Notes: generated from the letters alone by a model not told the origin. A DNA stretch of 36,754 nt from Methanotrichaceae archaeon (GCA_963754945.1 CAVWIG010000034.1:1-36754), one strand, 5' to 3'; shown: positions 1-8,028, counted from the first letter of the stretch. Numbers and translations: made by a program.

Positions 1-136
1 CTATTGGCTCTGATACAATGTAGTTGGATTTCAAACCTTGTATTTCGCGAACTACTTTTAATGCTCCTTCAGGATCGCTAGCGTCCATTTTTTGTCTGAC
101 TAATCTGCAAAGTTCCTTTAATCTATTGTCATCCAA
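1..136 (-). CDS. Partial hypothetical protein running off the window start (MDDNRLKELCRLVRQKMDASDPEGALKVVREIQGLKSNYIVSEPI...)
   Basis: TTG at 136 preceded by GGAGG; frame open to the window edge; AT-rich; not in the ORF track. Confidence 0.5.
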   Translation of the reverse strand, partial: MDDNRLKELCRLVRQKMDASDPEGALKVVREIQGLKSNYIVSEPI

Positions 137-162
137 CTGTCTCGCCTCCTTTTCATATTTGG

Positions 163-1041
163 TCAATCCTTCTCCCCAATCCTCCCATTAATCAGCCTAT
201 CCGATCGCTCCAGCGCCTCATGCGTCTGCCCGAAGTGCTCCGCTGCCTCCCACATGATCTTCTTGAAGCTCTCAAGGTCCCCCGAATCCGCCTTCTCCGA
301 AAGCCGCATGCACTCGCCTATGAAGGTCTGCCTCACCAACGTGGCCTTGGGGTTCTTCTGGATAGATGCGTACAGCTCCGGGTTCTGGTCCAGAATTCTG
401 CCCACAAAGTCGATCATGATCTCATAAACTGGCGACATGAACTTCCTTGACTTCTCAACGTCGAAGTCCAGGGCCTGAAGGGTCGCTCCTATGCCGATGT
501 AGGCGAAGTGAGTGAGCGCCTGGACCACAGCCATGATCTCGTCGTGCTCTTCGGGGTCCAGCACCTCTATCCTGGCACCATCGGACTCGAAAAGAGATCT
601 TATCCTCGGAAGCCAGGTCTCGCTCCGGCCAATGGCTGGCGTCAATATGATGGTCTGGCCCTTCAGCGTCGGCATTGTAGGGCCGAACATTGGATGCGTG
701 CCGATGACCGCTACGCCCTCGGGGGCGTGCTTGATCATAGCCTTCATTGGCTCCCACTTGAGGGAGGTGACGTCCATGAGCAGGCTTCCTGGCCGCATGT
801 GAGGAGCAACCTTGCTAATGACCTCCACCGTCTTCTCTATGGGAACGCTCAGGAGGACGATGTCGCTCTGCTCCACTTCCTTGATCATGTCTGTGGCGTA
901 GCGAACTCCAAGGCTGGATGCAACGCCGGTTTTACCGTTGGGTCCCCACACTGCCACGTCGAAGCCCTTGTCCTTGAAGTACCGGGCGAACCAGGAACCA
1001 GTCTCACCAGTGCCCCCTAGAATAAGCAAATGCGTCGTCAT
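163..1041 (-). CDS. tyrA: Prephenate dehydrogenase
   Basis: Rossmann GGTGETG, DVTSLK, GTHPMFGP and EEHDEIMAVVQALTH motifs; directly downstream of aroE; start could also be 1056 or 1077. Confidence 0.93.
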   Translation of the reverse strand: MTTHLLILGGTGETGSWFARYFKDKGFDVAVWGPNGKTGVASSLGVRYATDMIKEVEQSDIVLLSVPIEKTVEVISKVAPHMRPGSLLMDVTSLKWEPMKAMIKHAPEGVAVIGTHPMFGPTMPTLKGQTIILTPAIGRSETWLPRIRSLFESDGARIEVLDPEEHDEIMAVVQALTHFAYIGIGATLQALDFDVEKSRKFMSPVYEIMIDFVGRILDQNPELYASIQKNPKATLVRQTFIGECMRLSEKADSGDLESFKKIMWEAAEHFGQTHEALERSDRLINGRIGEKD

Positions 1042-1084
1042 CCCTTTCGCCGCCATTCCGCCATACCTACTATACATACCATCG

Positions 1085-1894
1085 TCACCTTTCCCTCGCC
1101 TTCAGCCCTTCTCTGACCGCCTTCTCCATGACATCTATTGGTGCTTTCTGCCCCGTCCAGATCTCCAGGGCCTTGGCTCCCTGATAGACCAGCATCATAA
1201 CTCCATCGATGGCCACCGCACCGGCCTTTGCTGCATCTTTGAGCATCTCTGTCTCCCGGTTATAAACGATATCGAATACCACCTGGCCTTTGTGCAAGAG
1301 GTTTCCGTCAAATAGCCTCTGATCGCCCTCCTTCATGCCAACCGAGGAAGCGTTGATGATCACATCCGCCTGGGGAACCAATCTTTCCAGATCCTTCAGA
1401 CCGTATCCTTCGGCCTGGATGGACCGGGCCAGCTCCAATGACTTTCCGGGGCTCCTGTTCGCGATGGAGATCTTGGCACCTTCTTTTGACAGGGTGTAGG
1501 CTATGGCCCTTGCGGCACCTCCCGCTCCAATCAATAGCGTCCTGTTTCCCTTTATCTTGACCCCTGCCTCTTTCAGAGCCGTCACGGCGCCCGATCCATC
1601 GGTGTTGTGCCCCATTATCTCTTCGCCGAAAGAGACTGTGTTGACTGCACCTATGGCCCCCGCCAGATCATCAGGTAAAGCGATCTCCAGCGCCTTCTCC
1701 TTCAGAGGGATGGTCAGGTTCAAGCCTCCAAACCCCATGGCCGATGCTCCCAGGATTGCGTCTCGGAGACGATCTTTTGTTACCCGAAACGGGAGATAAC
1801 AAGCATCAATACCCAAGGCCCTGAAGGCCGCATTCTGCATGGCCGGCGATAGACTGTGCACGATTGGATCTCCGAAGATGCCGAAAATCTTCAT
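1085..1894 (-). CDS. aroE: Shikimate dehydrogenase
   Basis: HSLSP, GLNLTIPLK, GAVNT, NTDG, GAGGAARA, DIVY and DGVMMLVYQG motifs. Confidence 0.96.
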   Translation of the reverse strand: MKIFGIFGDPIVHSLSPAMQNAAFRALGIDACYLPFRVTKDRLRDAILGASAMGFGGLNLTIPLKEKALEIALPDDLAGAIGAVNTVSFGEEIMGHNTDGSGAVTALKEAGVKIKGNRTLLIGAGGAARAIAYTLSKEGAKISIANRSPGKSLELARSIQAEGYGLKDLERLVPQADVIINASSVGMKEGDQRLFDGNLLHKGQVVFDIVYNRETEMLKDAAKAGAVAIDGVMMLVYQGAKALEIWTGQKAPIDVMEKAVREGLKARER

Positions 1895-1916
1895 GACAGG
1901 GAGTTGACCTCCTCTA

Positions 1917-3143
1917 TTAAATAATCTTCAGGATACCCCAGAATGATGCACCGACAACTGCCCCGAATAGAGTAGCCAGGAGGTTGACGCCGTTGTTGGT
2001 AAGATGGCCCTTCCTCTGAAGTGTTGCTCCTAGGAGGCTGTCGAAGTTGGTACCAATGAATCCGGCAACAGTTCCAGCTAATAGGCCGTAGCCGCCAGAC
2101 ATCCCTGCCGCTGCTGCCAGGAGCCCGATTATGATCGATCCTGCCAAGGCAGCAACCTCGCCCAAGGGCGTCACCCCGCCGTCTACCCCGGCATCCGTGA
2201 CCTCCATTGTGGTGATCATTCTCGGCTTAGTCCTGCTGGTCTGGCCTATTTCGCTTGCCAGGGTATCTCCGTTAGCCGTGGCCACAGCTCCGATGAAGGC
2301 CAAGACGAAGAGGTCGCTCCCATAAATTCCGTAACAGACGGCCATAGCTAGGGGCACCAGGCTATTGGAAAAGACATTCTTATAGCCTCGAACCCCGCCT
2401 TTAGACTGGGCTATGCCTAGCTTGCGCTTGTAAGCATACCCATATCTAGTGAAGCCTCCGCCTAGGAAGTAAAAGGCAAGCAGCAACGCGAACCAACCTG
2501 GACCGCTGAAGAGTATGACGAGCAGACAGATGAACGTCTCAGACAGCACAGCATCAGAGTCAGCGGCTTTTGCATAGTAGGCTCCCACCCCGAGGACCAG
2601 GGCGAAGAGACTGATCATCAGAATGCGTCCTGACTCAGGGAGAGGATAGTCGAAGCTGAATAGCCACATCACCATGCAAGACCCAAAAGGCACTGTGAAA
2701 TCTCGTTCGTTTGAGACGTGATTCAAAAAGGCCCCGCTAAGGCCCCCCAAAATGGCCAGGAAGAGCACCTTCGCCTCAGCCAGGCTTCCCCAGGAGGCCA
2801 TGGTGGCCAGAGGATATCCTAGGGCCACCGTAGTCATCAGATATATTATGCTACCTGTGAGGGTATCGAACCTCTTGGAGGCAAACGGAGAAAATGTGGA
2901 GGCCACAAAAGAAATGGCTACTATGTAAATCGGAAGTTCCAGATGGGTCACGCTAAGTACTGGTCTGAGGAGCAGAAGCATGCCTAGAGAGGCAGAGAGC
3001 AACCTGGATTCGCGATCCCAGAAGAAGACGGCCGCCAGGGGAATTACAGTGAAGGCTCCGGCGTAGGGAAGCAGCAAGACCATTAGACCTATGGCCAGCC
3101 TGGCCACATCCTCCTGACGCATGGAGTTAGAACAATTCGCCAT
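1917..3143 (-). CDS. DUF92/TMEM19-family integral membrane protein
   Basis: Polytopic hydrophobic protein; RGYKNVFSN, DTLASEIG, GVDGGVTPLG and DSLLGATLQ motifs. Confidence 0.88.
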   Translation of the reverse strand: MANCSNSMRQEDVARLAIGLMVLLLPYAGAFTVIPLAAVFFWDRESRLLSASLGMLLLLRPVLSVTHLELPIYIVAISFVASTFSPFASKRFDTLTGSIIYLMTTVALGYPLATMASWGSLAEAKVLFLAILGGLSGAFLNHVSNERDFTVPFGSCMVMWLFSFDYPLPESGRILMISLFALVLGVGAYYAKAADSDAVLSETFICLLVILFSGPGWFALLLAFYFLGGGFTRYGYAYKRKLGIAQSKGGVRGYKNVFSNSLVPLAMAVCYGIYGSDLFVLAFIGAVATANGDTLASEIGQTSRTKPRMITTMEVTDAGVDGGVTPLGEVAALAGSIIIGLLAAAAGMSGGYGLLAGTVAGFIGTNFDSLLGATLQRKGHLTNNGVNLLATLFGAVVGASFWGILKII

Positions 3144-3182
3144 CGCAAAAATACTTTGCCTCGGAAGTTATCCTGGAGATCG

Positions 3183-3794
3183 ATGCTTCGCTACCTTTAT
3201 GAGCAGCTTCTGGAGACCAAAATCTCCCATGCCAGTGTTCCCAAATGCGTGGCCGTTATACTGAACCCTGGCGATCTTGATGACCGAGGATTAGAGATGG
3301 TTAGAAGACTTATCGTCTGGAGCGAGACGTTAGGCATTAGAAGCATCGCCCTTTATTCCGGAGAAGATGCTCCACAGACTTACCAAAGGATAGTCACCGA
3401 ACTGCATAACGCACGGGCAGAGATAAGCCTGCACACCAAAGACGGCGTTGAGACCCTTGGTTCCGGCGGAAAAACCAAACTGCTGATCTCGCTTGGATAT
3501 GGGGGCAAACAAGAGGTGTCCGAGGCCATCAGAAAATTGCTCAGAGATGTTGAGATTGGCAGAATAAGCGCTGACGATATCGACGAGAAGACCATAGAAG
3601 CAAAGCTGAGGTTCAGCCAGAAGCCAGACCTTGTTATAAGGGCAGGAGGCAAACAGCTCAGCGACTTCATGATCTGGCAAGCAGCCTACTCAGAGCTCTA
3701 TTTCACTGAAGTTAACTGGAACTCCTTGAGAAAGACTGATTTTTTGCGAGCCATTAGGGACTATCAGCGCAGGGAACGTCGCTTCGGGAGATGA
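3183..3794 (+). CDS. Cis-prenyltransferase (UppS) family protein, probably the non-catalytic NgBR/Nus1-like subunit
   Basis: PDLVIRAGG, LSDFMIWQAAYSELYF and C-terminal RRFGR; lacks the N-terminal DGNRR motif. Confidence 0.85.
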   Translation: MLRYLYEQLLETKISHASVPKCVAVILNPGDLDDRGLEMVRRLIVWSETLGIRSIALYSGEDAPQTYQRIVTELHNARAEISLHTKDGVETLGSGGKTKLLISLGYGGKQEVSEAIRKLLRDVEIGRISADDIDEKTIEAKLRFSQKPDLVIRAGGKQLSDFMIWQAAYSELYFTEVNWNSLRKTDFLRAIRDYQRRERRFGR

Positions 3795-3804
3795 CTCTTT
3801 TTGA

Positions 3805-3875
3805 GGTTCTGTAAAGTCTGTGGTTGTTTGCCTTCTCGCAATCGCTTGTCAATTTTCGGTTGCTATCTTATTTAA
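3805..3875 (+). repeat. Left terminal/subterminal inverted repeat of the IS6-like element
   Basis: GGTTCTGTAAAGTC-nnn-GGTTGTT ... TGTCAA-nnn-TCGGTTGCT-nnnn-TATTTAA; same offsets as the reverse complement of 7144-7214. Confidence 0.88.
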
Positions 3876-3945
3876 AGTCCAAGGTGGAGGCAAAAATTTG
3901 GATCACCTAGAAAAAGTTATTAACTTGAAGTATAATTTTCCACAC

Positions 3946-4842
3946 ATGGGGAAGCTAAGTTCTGCGATGGAAAAACTTCTAGATGTAGAAGAGGAAGGAC
4001 AAAAAGAAATTATAGACCCACTTAGAGAACACTCTAAGAAAGATGATGCGTTCATTGCGATAATAGCTTCTTATTCTCCGAGGAAGGTAACTCCATCAAA
4101 ACACATATCAGCAAGCGTAGGTATCTCAGAAGAATTTGGGATAGAAACAGTAATAGAGAGGATTAAGGAAAGTAAATGTAATTGTGAGAATTTATATCTC
4201 CTTATCAATAGTCCTGGCGGCTTAGTGCAATCGTCATACAAAGTGGCGAAGGCGTTACGGAAGAATTTTAAAAACATAGTTGTCTTTGTTCCTCACATAG
4301 CGTTGAGTGGAGGCACGTTAATAACACTAACAGGCAATGAAATAATAATGGGCATGATGAGCCAACTGTCTCCCATCGATCCACATAGTGATGCTGGAGG
4401 ATCGGCCCTATCGGTTAAAAGAGGATTTAGCTTCGTTACGGAAAAATTTAAGAATTTATCGGAACGCGACGCTCCTTACACATACAAAGTATTGGCAGAA
4501 AACTGCAATGCGGCAGAAATAGATCAGGCACTTTCCGCGTTGATTATGGTGGAAAACTATGCAGAAGAAATATTAAAAAAATCTGGAGTCGAAGAAGAGA
4601 AGGCAATCGAAATCGCGAAACGGCTAGTCGAGGGGTTCAATACACATGAAGAAGTCATAGATTTGGACTCAGCACAAGCAATAGGATTAAATGTCTTTGA
4701 ATACACAAAGTATCCTGAACTTTGGGAGATTTTTAGGCAGTGGCTAAGCGAATATCTCCTGCAAAGTGCTGACAAACATATAATCCGCTATTGGATAAAT
4801 AAAGGAGAGACTAAGAATGATGAAGAAGTTAAATCAGGATAA
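3946..4842 (+). CDS. SDH-family ClpP-fold serine protease (cargo)
   Basis: LLINSPGG, ALSGGTLITL (Ser), SQLSPIDP (Asp) and FNTHEEVI (His); ATG 3946 follows an AAAAAGTTATTAA promoter-like motif; the ORF-track start (3820) lies within the IR. Confidence 0.8.
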   Translation: MGKLSSAMEKLLDVEEEGQKEIIDPLREHSKKDDAFIAIIASYSPRKVTPSKHISASVGISEEFGIETVIERIKESKCNCENLYLLINSPGGLVQSSYKVAKALRKNFKNIVVFVPHIALSGGTLITLTGNEIIMGMMSQLSPIDPHSDAGGSALSVKRGFSFVTEKFKNLSERDAPYTYKVLAENCNAAEIDQALSALIMVENYAEEILKKSGVEEEKAIEIAKRLVEGFNTHEEVIDLDSAQAIGLNVFEYTKYPELWEIFRQWLSEYLLQSADKHIIRYWINKGETKNDEEVKSG

Positions 4843-4981
4843 TATTGATTCTGGAATACAAGAAGAAGATTCGTTATTGGATAGTTGGCGTTTTGCGAGA
4901 ATAAAAGTCGATCCGCTTATTGAAAGTTGGGGAGAAGAAATAAAACAATATAGCCGCAAAGAAAGAAAACACCGGAATTAG
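4817..4981 (+). CDS. 54-aa charged small protein (MMKKLNQDNIDSGIQEEDSLLDSWRFARIKVDPLIESWGEEIKQYSRKERKHRN)
   Basis: GGAGAG upstream; overlaps the protease 3' end by 26 nt; below the ORF-track cutoff. Confidence 0.55.
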   Translation: MMKKLNQDNIDSGIQEEDSLLDSWRFARIKVDPLIESWGEEIKQYSRKERKHRN

Positions 4982-5009
4982 TGAACTGAATGAGAGGATA
5001 AATCTACAT

Positions 5010-5177
5010 CTATTTCCAATTTCTTTTCTTTTTCTCATCTCTTACGTAATTTACAGCGATGTAACTCATCAAATTGCTTAAAGGCACGCCGGTTTCTTCC
5101 GCTTCTTGTTCTAAGAATGCTCTGGCATCTTCTGGCAATTGCACGGCTATACGCTTTGGGCGATCTAATTCATTCAT
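5010..5177 (-). CDS. Ribbon-helix-helix (CopG/Arc-like) DNA-binding protein
   Basis: KRIAVQLPEDARAFLEQEAEETGVPLSNLMSYI fits the beta-alpha-alpha pattern; divergent from the transposase; start 5177 or TTG 5186. Confidence 0.7.
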   Translation of the reverse strand: MNELDRPKRIAVQLPEDARAFLEQEAEETGVPLSNLMSYIAVNYVRDEKKKRNWK

Positions 5178-5280
5178 GGTATCCAATGTATATATCATTG
5201 TATAAAAGGGTTATGTATGGTGTCCAATTGTTTACTAATGGTAACCTATAAATACCATTGACACTATATTGGTTACCATG
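5175..5280. promoter_or_regulatory. Divergent promoter region with four TGGT-NN-CC(A) operator-like repeats
   Basis: TGGTATCCA 5177, TGGTGTCCA 5218, TGGTAACCT 5239, TGGTTACCA 5270; TATAAATA at 5247; minus-strand TTTTATA around 5201-5207. Confidence 0.6.
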
Positions 5281-6417
5281 CAAGTAGTAACCGATCCCCG
5301 CAAAGAAAGAGGCGAACAAATAGCAGCAAACCAAGAGCAGGTATTACGAGTAGTTGATGGCTTCTATAGGGTGAAATCACAATCCAATGATCGGTACTAT
5401 GATGTCAATAACACGTCGATAGGCTGGAAATGCACGTGCCCCGACCACAAATTCAGAGGTTCAAAGTGCAAGCATATTTGGGCCGTCGCTATCAGCTTAG
5501 GAATAAGAGATCAGGCGAAAAAGAACGTTGTCTTAGAGCCAATAACGATATCAGATTGTCCTTTCTGCCATTCAAATAACCTCAAGAAATATGGGATCAG
5601 GCATAACAAGAGCGGGGATTTACAGAGATTTGCTTGCAAGGGCTGCTCTAAGGTTTTCACCATCAATATAGGCTTTGAGAGGATGAAACACAATCCTCAA
5701 GCAGTTACCGCCGCGATGCAACTCTATTTCAGCGGGGAATCACTACGAAATACCATGAGATCCCTTGAGCTCATTGGCGTTGAAGTATCTCATCAAACCG
5801 TGTCCAATTGGATAACGAAGTACACCAATATCATGAAGAGCTATGTGGATAACCTCAAGCCCAATGTAAGCTCTACATGGCGCGCTGATGAGGTCTTCAT
5901 CAAGGTCAAAGGCGATATGAAGTACCTCTTCGCTCTGATGGATGATGAGACTCGATACTGGATAGCTCAGGAAGTTGCAGATAGCAAGGATAAGCATGAT
6001 GCAAGGAAGCTATTCAAAGAGGCTAAAGAGATCGCAGGTAGGAGACCTGAAACGCTAATAACTGATGGATTGGGGTCTTATCATGATGCCTTCAATAAAG
6101 TGTTCTACCAGCGCAATAATCCAATGTCACAACACGTCAACGCTATCAAGTTAGCTGGATCTACGAACAATAACAAGATGGAACGAATTAATGGTGAAAT
6201 TCGCGACAGAGAAAAGACAATGCGAGGTTTAAAAAAGAAGGATACGCCAATCTTGCAGGGAATGCAGATATTTCACAATTACATTAGACCACATGAAGGC
6301 TTGGATGGACTGACGCCTTCGGAAGCTTGCGGAATTGAGATTAGCGGTGATAACAAATGGATAACGCTAATACAGAATGCAACCCAGAAAACAAAAGAAG
6401 CGGCAAATGGTTGCTGA
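5269..6417 (+). CDS. IS6-family-like DDE transposase with N-terminal SWIM finger and Zn-ribbon
   Basis: SWIM CTCPD...CKH; CPFC...CKGC; HTH LRNTMRSL...VSHQTVSNW; WRADEVFIKVKG, LITDG and NNKMERIN DDE motifs; start TTG 5269 or ATG 5278. Confidence 0.88.
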   Translation: MVTMQVVTDPRKERGEQIAANQEQVLRVVDGFYRVKSQSNDRYYDVNNTSIGWKCTCPDHKFRGSKCKHIWAVAISLGIRDQAKKNVVLEPITISDCPFCHSNNLKKYGIRHNKSGDLQRFACKGCSKVFTINIGFERMKHNPQAVTAAMQLYFSGESLRNTMRSLELIGVEVSHQTVSNWITKYTNIMKSYVDNLKPNVSSTWRADEVFIKVKGDMKYLFALMDDETRYWIAQEVADSKDKHDARKLFKEAKEIAGRRPETLITDGLGSYHDAFNKVFYQRNNPMSQHVNAIKLAGSTNNNKMERINGEIRDREKTMRGLKKKDTPILQGMQIFHNYIRPHEGLDGLTPSEACGIEISGDNKWITLIQNATQKTKEAANGC

Positions 6418-6420
6418 GAT

Positions 6421-6588
6421 CTACTCGGCGGGAATGGGTATATTTCTGCGCCGCAGAATTTCGTTGTATATATAATCCGCTTTGTTTCCGAGAGCTTTTG
6501 CGCGTTTCATGTCTTCGCGGGTCTCAGCTAGTATGGCTTCTCTCCTAGCTTTTCGGAACTCCTTTGTTGTCTTACGATTCGCTGCCAT
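6421..6588 (-). CDS. 55-aa basic small protein (cargo)
   Basis: MAANRKTTKEFRKARREAILAETREDMKRAK...; GAGG upstream; overlaps the upstream gene by 17 nt. Confidence 0.6.
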   Translation of the reverse strand: MAANRKTTKEFRKARREAILAETREDMKRAKALGNKADYIYNEILRRRNIPIPAE

Positions 6589-7063
6589 TACTATCATCCT
6601 CTCGTTCTGTCTCTTCAATCAATTGCATTAATTCTTCTATCTTATTCTCATATATCTCTTTCTGTTGTTGTAGCAATGTAACTACTAACTGAAATCCTGC
6701 GTTGTCTGCGCGCCCAGCACTTCTATCCGCTTCCACCGCAGTTATTGTCTTGCTTGCAGGAACAAAAGCAAATACATATCCAACCACCCCAGCGAGAAGG
6801 AATTTTAGGACTTCAGGAAGGTCTTTTGGTGGATTTAGATTATGAAGGTATGCAGCATATATGGTTATGCCCATAACAAGTGCAATGCCTGATATCACAA
6901 TCAATACATCCTTCCAAGTTAACCACGGAATCATGTATACGGCCCGGAATGGAGCACACAAGAATTTTAAAAATCGCTGGGCAGTTTTGCAGGAGAAACA
7001 CCACCCTCCGCCATTCCCATTGCACTCAGTATGATGCTCTTGACTTTGGGCCTCGTCAACCAT
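6572..7063 (-). CDS. Hypothetical membrane protein (about 2 TM segments, Cys-rich N-terminus, C-terminal coiled coil; cargo)
   Basis: 163-aa ORF; hydrophobic segments VLIVISGIALVMGITIYAAY and VLKFLLAGVVGYVFAFV; TTTTATA about 25-30 bp upstream. Confidence 0.7.
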   Translation of the reverse strand: MVDEAQSQEHHTECNGNGGGWCFSCKTAQRFLKFLCAPFRAVYMIPWLTWKDVLIVISGIALVMGITIYAAYLHNLNPPKDLPEVLKFLLAGVVGYVFAFVPASKTITAVEADRSAGRADNAGFQLVVTLLQQQKEIYENKIEELMQLIEETEREDDSNGSES

Positions 7064-7143
7064 GCGTTCTTAATCATATATACAAGTATAAAATCTTTAA
7101 TGATTCCATGATTCCGGTAGATATTTTGCCTCAATCTCACTTC

Positions 7144-7214
7144 TTAAATAGTCCAGCAACCGACTTTTGACAGGTCAAAACCAAAGGAAGAACAACCGAT
7201 GACTTTACAGAACC
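7144..7214 (-). repeat. Right terminal/subterminal inverted repeat of the IS6-like element
   Basis: Reverse complement reads GGTTCTGTAAAGTC-ATC-GGTTGTT ... TGTCAA-AAG-TCGGTTGCT-GGAC-TATTTAA. Confidence 0.88.
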
Positions 7215-7215
7215 C

Positions 7216-8028
7216 GGCCACATCACCTACTTAAGCGACGAGTCGATGCACCAGAAGTTCGGGCGAAAGCTACAGGATAGGAGCGATTACGGTTTCGACT
7301 TCTCAACCCTCGACTTCCAGGTCGAGAGCTATCTCAGCTACCACGGCGATACCTTCGTCAAGAGGTTCGACGCCAACTCTTATCTATACATCACCAAGGC
7401 CATAGACTACTTCGACCTAACCAAGAAGGGCTCTCTGTCACTGGCAGAGGCCTTCAAGAGTGTTAAGGCAAAGTTCCTAGTAATATCGATAAGCTCTGAC
7501 TGGCTCTACCCGCCCTATCAATGCAAAGAGATTGCCGAGGCCCTGAGCGCCAACGATATAGACGTTCGCCACTGCACGATCAGGTCCAACTACGGCCATG
7601 ATGCTTTTCTACTGGAATCCGGCCAGATGAACTACACTATAGGCAACTTCCTATCACGAACATCCGTGGGGGACGTGATGATCAAGGACGTTGTGACCAT
7701 TAGGCATGGCTCAAGCGTTGAGGAGGCGGCCAGGATCATGATGACCGAGGGAGTCACTCACCTGCCCGTTATCTCCGAAGAAGGCAGGCTTGCTGGCATT
7801 GTCACTGCTTGGGATGTATCCAAAGCGGTGGCCCTGAAGTACACTCAATTGGAGGAGATAATGACAAGAGATGTTGTCACCATAGGACTAGGCGATCCAA
7901 TTGAGCGTGCCGCCAAGAAGATGAACGAGAACAACATATCTGCTTTGCCGGTGATAGACGGGGAACAGAGGGTCATAGGAATGATAACCAGCGATGGAGT
8001 AAGCAGACTGGTGAGCGTTTGCAGATGA
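7216..8028 (+). pseudogene. metX: 5'-truncated homoserine O-acetyltransferase with C-terminal CBS pair
   Basis: Reads [17 protein letters not shown] immediately after the IR; [20 protein letters not shown] and YGHDAFL motifs, then a CBS pair; the N-terminal half with the catalytic Ser is absent from the window. Confidence 0.88.

Larger units (their letters stand above)
3805..7214. mobile_element. IS6-related cargo-carrying transposon, 3410 bp
   Basis: Perfect 14-bp terminal IR GGTTCTGTAAAGTC (3805-3818; reverse complement 7201-7214), 21/24 match over 24 bp, further in-register IR blocks out to 71 bp; AT-rich interior; internal IS6-like DDE transposase; right end lies inside metX. Confidence 0.88.

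Noticed and set aside
220-2325. Plus-strand ORFs overlapping tyrA, aroE and the DUF92 gene
   Set aside because: Antisense shadows of well-supported GC-rich genes with no motifs; the same applies to the plus-strand ORFs over 17188-22769, including the 307-aa one
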